Under the pieces are notes generated by a model. That model was given only the letters and a program-made list of their open reading frames with translations, was not told the origin of the DNA and made no database searches. 64,000 nt of DNA. It comes from Crocinitomicaceae bacterium. Lineage in GTDB: Bacteria > Bacteroidota > Bacteroidia > Flavobacteriales_D > Crocinitomicaceae. Positions 58,779 through 64,000 of the stretch are shown here, in pieces; positions within the stretch are counted from its first letter, which is position 1, and the number at the start of each line of letters is the position of its first letter. A program made the position numbers and the translations under genes. Location: contig JAWKMK010000008.1 of the NCBI GenBank assembly GCA_041392275.1, positions 18,327-82,326 on the forward strand, written 5' to 3'.

Positions 58779-58808
58779 AAAAAAAGGAGCAATCATTGCT
58801 CCTTTTTT
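58779..58808. terminator. Bidirectional terminator
   Basis: aaaaaaaggagcaat-c-attgctcctttttt between convergent genes. Confidence 0.85.
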
Positions 58809-58824
58809 AGTTATTGAACATCTA

Positions 58825-60222
58825 TCAATTACAAATTTGATTGATGGTTGCTTTTAATATTTCGCGTGCTTCATCCAAAGTTGGTGCTTCGGCATAAATG
58901 CGCAAAACAGGCTCTGTTCCTGAAGGACGAATCATCACCCAACGTTCATCGTCAAAGAAAAATTTGAATCCATCAATGGTTTTAACTTCGTTGATGCGGT
59001 ATTTTCCAAATTCTTTGTAAGTGTTATCGTTGCAATTTTTGATGATGGCTTGTTTCAATTCTTCTGAAATGTGCAAATCGTTGCGTTCAAATTTGAATTC
59101 ACCTACAATTTCATACACTTCATTGATGAGCTCGTCAAGAGTTTTGCCCGATTTCGCCATGAATTCCCAGATAATCATTCCCATCCAAATACCATCGCGC
59201 TCTGGAATGTGACCTTTTACGGCAATACCTCCCGACTCTTCTCCTCCAACCAATACATCTTCTTCTACCATGATGGTTGCAATGTATTTAAAGCCTATTT
59301 TTACAACTTCGCTTGGTAAACCGTAATACGCTGCCATTTTTTCAACACGTGGAGTGGTGCTAAATGCTGTTGCAACTTTTCCTTTTAATCCTTTGTATTT
59401 GGCAAGGTAATGCACCAACAATAAAATGATGTGGTGAGAATCAACGAACTCTCCTTTTCCGTTGTATAATCCAATTCTATCTGCGTCACCATCAGTAACT
59501 AACGCACAATCAATTGAACCTTTAGTTTTAATAAATTCTTCTAATTCTTTTAAATTTTTAGCAATTGGTTCAGGCGCAATTCCTTTAAAAGAAGGATTGT
59601 GTTCGCAGTGTAAAAAATCAATGTTAGGCAACACGCGTTTCAAAACATTTTGTCCGGCACCAAACATAGCATCGTAAGCCAATTTTAATCCAGATTTTTC
59701 AATTGCTTCAATATCAAAATTTGCTTTTAAATGGTTGACATATTCTGTTTCCAAATCAACTACTTCAACCAACGGATTATCCAACGAAATCGTTCTCCAA
59801 TCAATTGCAACGGTATCTGGAATGATGTCTTCAATTTCTTGCACTTTTGCAGGCGCCAATGGTCCACCAAAATGCGATTTCAATTTAAAACCATTGTATG
59901 ATGGTGGGTTGTGGCTTGCAGTAATAACAACCCCTAACGAGCAATTCTTTTTAACTGTAGCCAAAGAAACCATTGGTGTAGAAACAAATCCTTTAGCCAT
60001 TTTTACTTTTACACCTTGCGAAATAAAAATTTTAACAGCTGTTTCTACAAACAATTCGCCTTGAAAACGGCAATCGTGGCCGATAACAATAGTAGGGTTT
60101 TCGTAGTTTTGTTTTACCCAAATGGCAGTTGCCAAAGAAACTCTTGCAACATTATCAACGGTGTATTCATCGGCAATAATTGCTCTCCAACCGTCTGTTC
60201 CGAATTTAATTTTTGTTGTCAA
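58825..60222 (-). CDS. Phosphoglucomutase/phosphomannomutase family protein
   Basis: FGTDGWR, TASHNP, DGDADR, GEESG and RPSGTEP motifs. Confidence 0.95.
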   Translation of the reverse strand: MTTKIKFGTDGWRAIIADEYTVDNVARVSLATAIWVKQNYENPTIVIGHDCRFQGELFVETAVKIFISQGVKVKMAKGFVSTPMVSLATVKKNCSLGVVITASHNPPSYNGFKLKSHFGGPLAPAKVQEIEDIIPDTVAIDWRTISLDNPLVEVVDLETEYVNHLKANFDIEAIEKSGLKLAYDAMFGAGQNVLKRVLPNIDFLHCEHNPSFKGIAPEPIAKNLKELEEFIKTKGSIDCALVTDGDADRIGLYNGKGEFVDSHHIILLLVHYLAKYKGLKGKVATAFSTTPRVEKMAAYYGLPSEVVKIGFKYIATIMVEEDVLVGGEESGGIAVKGHIPERDGIWMGMIIWEFMAKSGKTLDELINEVYEIVGEFKFERNDLHISEELKQAIIKNCNDNTYKEFGKYRINEVKTIDGFKFFFDDERWVMIRPSGTEPVLRIYAEAPTLDEAREILKATINQICN

Positions 60223-60351
60223 ATTAATATAAAATTAGTTCTAGCAAATATAAAAAATTATTGAAGGTTGCTAAAAGGTTAAACATGCTATAAAATGGTT
60301 GTTCAAAATTAAAAACATTTCGAACAACCATTTCAGAAGTGTGAGAATATT

Positions 60352-61599
60352 TTATTTTTTAAATTCTGTAATTGTTTTTTCGATGATAGCAACACATTCC
60401 ATCAATTGTTCTTCTGTCATCACCAAAGGTGGCGCAAAGCGAATGATGTTACCATGTGTTGGTTTTGCTAGCAATCCGTTTTCTGCAAGTTGCATACATA
60501 AATCCCAAGCAGTTGAGCTTTCTGGTGTGTCGTTTACAATAATGGCGTTCAACAAACCTTTACCTCTCACCTTTGTTATCAAATCCGATTTTTCGATGAT
60601 GCGGTTCATTTCTTTTCTAAAAATTTCACCTAAACGGTAAGCATTTTCTGCCAATTTTTCTTCTTTAACAACTTCTAAAGCAGCGATGGCTACACGTGCA
60701 GCAATTGGATTACCTCCAAAAGTAGAACCGTGTTGCCCTGGTTTAATCACCATCATTATCTCGTCGTTTGCCAACACGGCAGAAACAGGATACAAGCCAC
60801 CAGAAAGTGCTTTTCCAAGAATCAAAATATCGGGTGTTACATTTTCATAATTTACAGCCAATAATTTTCCGGTGCGAGCAATTCCTGTTTGAATTTCATC
60901 CGCTATGAACAATACGTTATTTTCTTCGCACAAAGCTTTTGCAATTGCCAAAAATCCTTCTTGAGGCACCATTACACCTGCTTCACCTTGAATGGGTTCT
61001 ACTAAAAATCCAGCAATGTTTTTGTTGTTTTTCAATACTTCTGCCAAGGCATCAACATCGCCATAAGGAATGGATACAAAACCTGGTGTGTAGGGTCCGT
61101 AGTTGATGCGTGAATCTGGATCATTAGAAAACGAAATGATGGTTGTTGTTCTTCCGTGGAAGTTGCCATCGCACACAATTATTGTTGCATCGTTTTCTGC
61201 AATTCCTTTTTTCTCATAAGCCCAACGGCGACACAACTTAATAGCTGTTTCAACCGCCTCTGCTCCAGAGTTCATTGGCAACACCTTATCAAAACCAAAA
61301 TATTCGGTAATTGTTTTTTCATACACACCTAATACATCGTTGTAGAATGCGCGAGATGTTAATGCCAATTGTTGCACTTGCTCAATCATTGCCTTCACAA
61401 TTTTTGGATGGCTATGTCCTTGGTTTACTGCCGAATATGCCGAAAGAAAATCGTAATATCTTTTTCCTTCCACATCCCAAACATAAACTCCCTCACCTTT
61501 TGTTAAAACAACAGGTAGTGGGTGGTAATTGTGGGCACCATATTTATCTTCCAACGCTATCAATTCACTCGAACGAGTGCCATCTGCAACTATGCTCAT
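60352..61599 (-). CDS. rocD: Ornithine-oxo-acid aminotransferase
   Basis: [40 protein letters not shown] and HGSTFGGNP motifs. Confidence 0.96.
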   Translation of the reverse strand: MSIVADGTRSSELIALEDKYGAHNYHPLPVVLTKGEGVYVWDVEGKRYYDFLSAYSAVNQGHSHPKIVKAMIEQVQQLALTSRAFYNDVLGVYEKTITEYFGFDKVLPMNSGAEAVETAIKLCRRWAYEKKGIAENDATIIVCDGNFHGRTTTIISFSNDPDSRINYGPYTPGFVSIPYGDVDALAEVLKNNKNIAGFLVEPIQGEAGVMVPQEGFLAIAKALCEENNVLFIADEIQTGIARTGKLLAVNYENVTPDILILGKALSGGLYPVSAVLANDEIMMVIKPGQHGSTFGGNPIAARVAIAALEVVKEEKLAENAYRLGEIFRKEMNRIIEKSDLITKVRGKGLLNAIIVNDTPESSTAWDLCMQLAENGLLAKPTHGNIIRFAPPLVMTEEQLMECVAIIEKTITEFKK

Positions 61600-61725
61600 A
61601 ACAACTTTTTTAATTAATTTAATGAATTACAAATGTATTGAATGCAATTCAGAATACCAATTATCTGTTAAAAAAAACCTTGTTACAAGTGTGTTTTTTG
61701 AAATTTCACACGTTAAATATTAAAA

Positions 61726-63171
61726 TCATTTAATTTCTCCACCTAAGGCTTTGTACAATTGCACCAACGCTTTTGCATTACGGTGTTGGAAATCTACATA
61801 ATCCAATTCGGCTTGAATTTTAGCTTTTTGTGCATTAATAATTTCCCAATAATTAGCATAACCAGTTAAATACAAATCATTGGACACATCCACTGCTCTA
61901 TCCAAAAATGCCACTTCATCATCTTTGATGTTGAGCACGGTTTGATTCATGGCAACTTGAGAGAGCAAAGAACTTAACTCGTTAAAAGCATTGATTACAT
62001 TTTTTTGATAGCTGAAAAATGCTATTTCTTGGTTGCGATTGGCAATGTAAAATTCTTGTTTCAATTGTCCTTGATTAAAAATTGGTTGTACCAACCCACC
62101 CAATAATTGCCATGCAATGGAACCAACATTAAAAAACGTAGGCATTGAAAATGAGTGCAATGCAACGTTACCACCAAATTGAATTTTAGGAAAAAATGCT
62201 GCACGTGCAGATTTAGCATCGGCATTAGAAGCAACTAATTCAAAATAACTTTCGGCAACATCAGGGCGTTTGTGAATGATGGAATCTACATGAATTTTTT
62301 GGCTCAACAGCGCAAGATGATTGGATAAAAATGTTGTTCCTCTGGTCAAATCACCCGAATATTCGCCTAATAAACTAAGCAATGCTTTTTCTGTGGAGTT
62401 GATTTCAATTTTTAATTGCTCCATTTCGGCTTGCATGTTTTTGGATTGAGCACCAAATTGCTGAACTGCCAATTCAGTTGCCTTACCCGCTGCACGTTGT
62501 GACTCTACAAGTTCAAATGCTTTTAATTGCACGCCATAATTGGCTTCGTAAATTTTTACTTTTTTGTCTAAAGCAATTAATTGGTAATACAAATCAGCCA
62601 CATCTGTGAACAACTGGTTTTTGAGTAGATTAATTCCCTGTTGACTTGCCAAAAAGCGTTGTTGAGCAGCTCTTTTTTTGTGTCTTAATCGCCCCCAAAC
62701 GTCTATTTCCCACGATGTTTGAAAACCTAACCAATAATTAGGAGTAACATCGCGTTTTATTTTTTGGTCTTCTTGAATGTTGGATGAAAGATTGGTATCA
62801 AAATTTCCAACGCCCTCCATGGTGTGGTCGCCATATTTAGTTCCAGAAGCATTGATGCTTAAATCTAACGACGGAATGAGCGCTAATTTAGCACGTTTGA
62901 GGTGAGAATTGGCAATAAGAATTCGTTGTTGAAAAATTTGATAATCTGGATTAGATTTCATTACTCGGTCAAACAATTGCAATAATTGAGGGTCATTGAA
63001 ATACGTATTCAACGTAATGGGAATGAATTCTTCTGTTGCATTGTTGGAAGCGTTATTAAAAGTAGTTGGTAAATCATCTACCTTTTTTACTTCTAAGGTT
63101 TTAAATTGCGCACAAGCAGTAAGCAATAAAACACTCACTGTCAGGGCTGTATATTTTATAAATCGTTTCAT
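61726..63171 (-). CDS. Outer-membrane efflux lipoprotein (NodT/OprM-TolC family)
   Basis: LTAC lipobox; SWEIDVWG, RPDV, ARAAFFP and LYKALGG motifs. Confidence 0.92.
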   Translation of the reverse strand: MKRFIKYTALTVSVLLLTACAQFKTLEVKKVDDLPTTFNNASNNATEEFIPITLNTYFNDPQLLQLFDRVMKSNPDYQIFQQRILIANSHLKRAKLALIPSLDLSINASGTKYGDHTMEGVGNFDTNLSSNIQEDQKIKRDVTPNYWLGFQTSWEIDVWGRLRHKKRAAQQRFLASQQGINLLKNQLFTDVADLYYQLIALDKKVKIYEANYGVQLKAFELVESQRAAGKATELAVQQFGAQSKNMQAEMEQLKIEINSTEKALLSLLGEYSGDLTRGTTFLSNHLALLSQKIHVDSIIHKRPDVAESYFELVASNADAKSARAAFFPKIQFGGNVALHSFSMPTFFNVGSIAWQLLGGLVQPIFNQGQLKQEFYIANRNQEIAFFSYQKNVINAFNELSSLLSQVAMNQTVLNIKDDEVAFLDRAVDVSNDLYLTGYANYWEIINAQKAKIQAELDYVDFQHRNAKALVQLYKALGGEIK

Positions 63172-63174
63172 AGT

Positions 63175-64000
63175 TTATTTTTAGAACCAATTTTTGCGAA
63201 AATGATGTACAATCCAGGGATTACAACTATACCGAATACCGTTCCGATAAGCATCCCTCCTGCTGCGGCCATACCAATTGATTGATTCCAACTGCACCAG
63301 CACCCGATGCCAAACAAAGTGGAATTAGTCCGGCAACAAAGCAAACGATGTCATTAGAATTGGACGAAAACGTTGTCGTGCTCCTTCAATAGCAGCTTCG
63401 GCAAATCCAAAACCTTCTTTGTTGCGTGCGATGGCAAATTCAACAATCAAAATGGCATTTTTAGCCAACAAACCAATTAACATAACCAATGCAACTTGTG
63501 CATAAATGTTTGTTGTCTAAACCGGCCAAAACCAACGCAATGTATGAACCAAACACCCCAATTGGCAAGCTCAACAATACTTGGGAAAGGCAACATAAAA
63601 CTTTCGTATTGGGCTGCTAGTAACAAATAAACAAACAACAATACCAAACCAAAAATGGCTACTGTTTGATTTCCAGACAATATTTCTTCGCGTGTCATAC
63701 CCGACCATTCAATGGCGTATCCTCGTGGTAATGATTTTTCTGCAATGCGTTCAACTGCTTTAATAGCATCACCAGAGCTATAACCTTCTGCAGGCTCACC
63801 ATTAATCATTGCCGACATATACATGTTGTAACGTGTAAGAACTTCGGGACCATATACACGTTCTATGCGCATAAACGATGATAACGCCACCATTTCACCT
63901 GCATCATTTTTAAGATACATATCCAAAATACTTTCTAGGGTTTCTTCTAAACTCTGGACCTGCTTGCACCATTACTTTATACATTTGAGAAAAACGAATA
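63175..64000 (-). CDS. RND permease, C-terminal part (partial, frameshifted)
   Basis: RYNMYMSA..GYSSGDA, LAAQYES, GLLAKNAILIVEFA and RFRPILMT motifs; stop at 63175. Confidence 0.9.

Overview
AT-rich Bacteroidota chromosome segment (Flavobacteriales-like, judged from TAnnTTTG promoters, T9SS cargo and barrels, and GLPGLI, DUF4159 and DUF5687 genes). It is mostly housekeeping: lysC/lysA, thyA-folA, fmt, apbC/nfu, pepT-holA-rsmE, hmgA-hppD, lgt, pyrD, recQ, ABC-F, lemA-TPM-TPM, phosphohexomutase, rocD and two RND systems. Many core genes are broken by clustered indels that look like long-read consensus errors, not real pseudogenes. Non-routine features: (1) a ~180-nt rod-shaped 6S-like (Bacteroidales-1-like) RNA at 46.7-46.9 kb. 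(2) Downstream of it, an ECF sigma factor translationally coupled to a single-pass putative anti-sigma whose C-terminal domain resembles the GldM/PorM C-terminal domain, followed by a DUF6089/PorG-like barrel. (3) A ~2.5-kb mini-island (LprI-like lipoprotein, gene relic, Fic) bounded by a 38-bp direct repeat and containing attC-like TAAC..GTTA elements. (4) A 1480-bp IS4-family element with intact IRs and a 9-bp TSD, inserted in a bidirectional terminator and carrying hairpins in its own ends. (5) An ATP-cone/Mrr-like nuclease fusion. (6) Several candidate leaderless genes. No tRNA, rRNA or CRISPR array was seen. All family assignments are by motif recognition, not database search.
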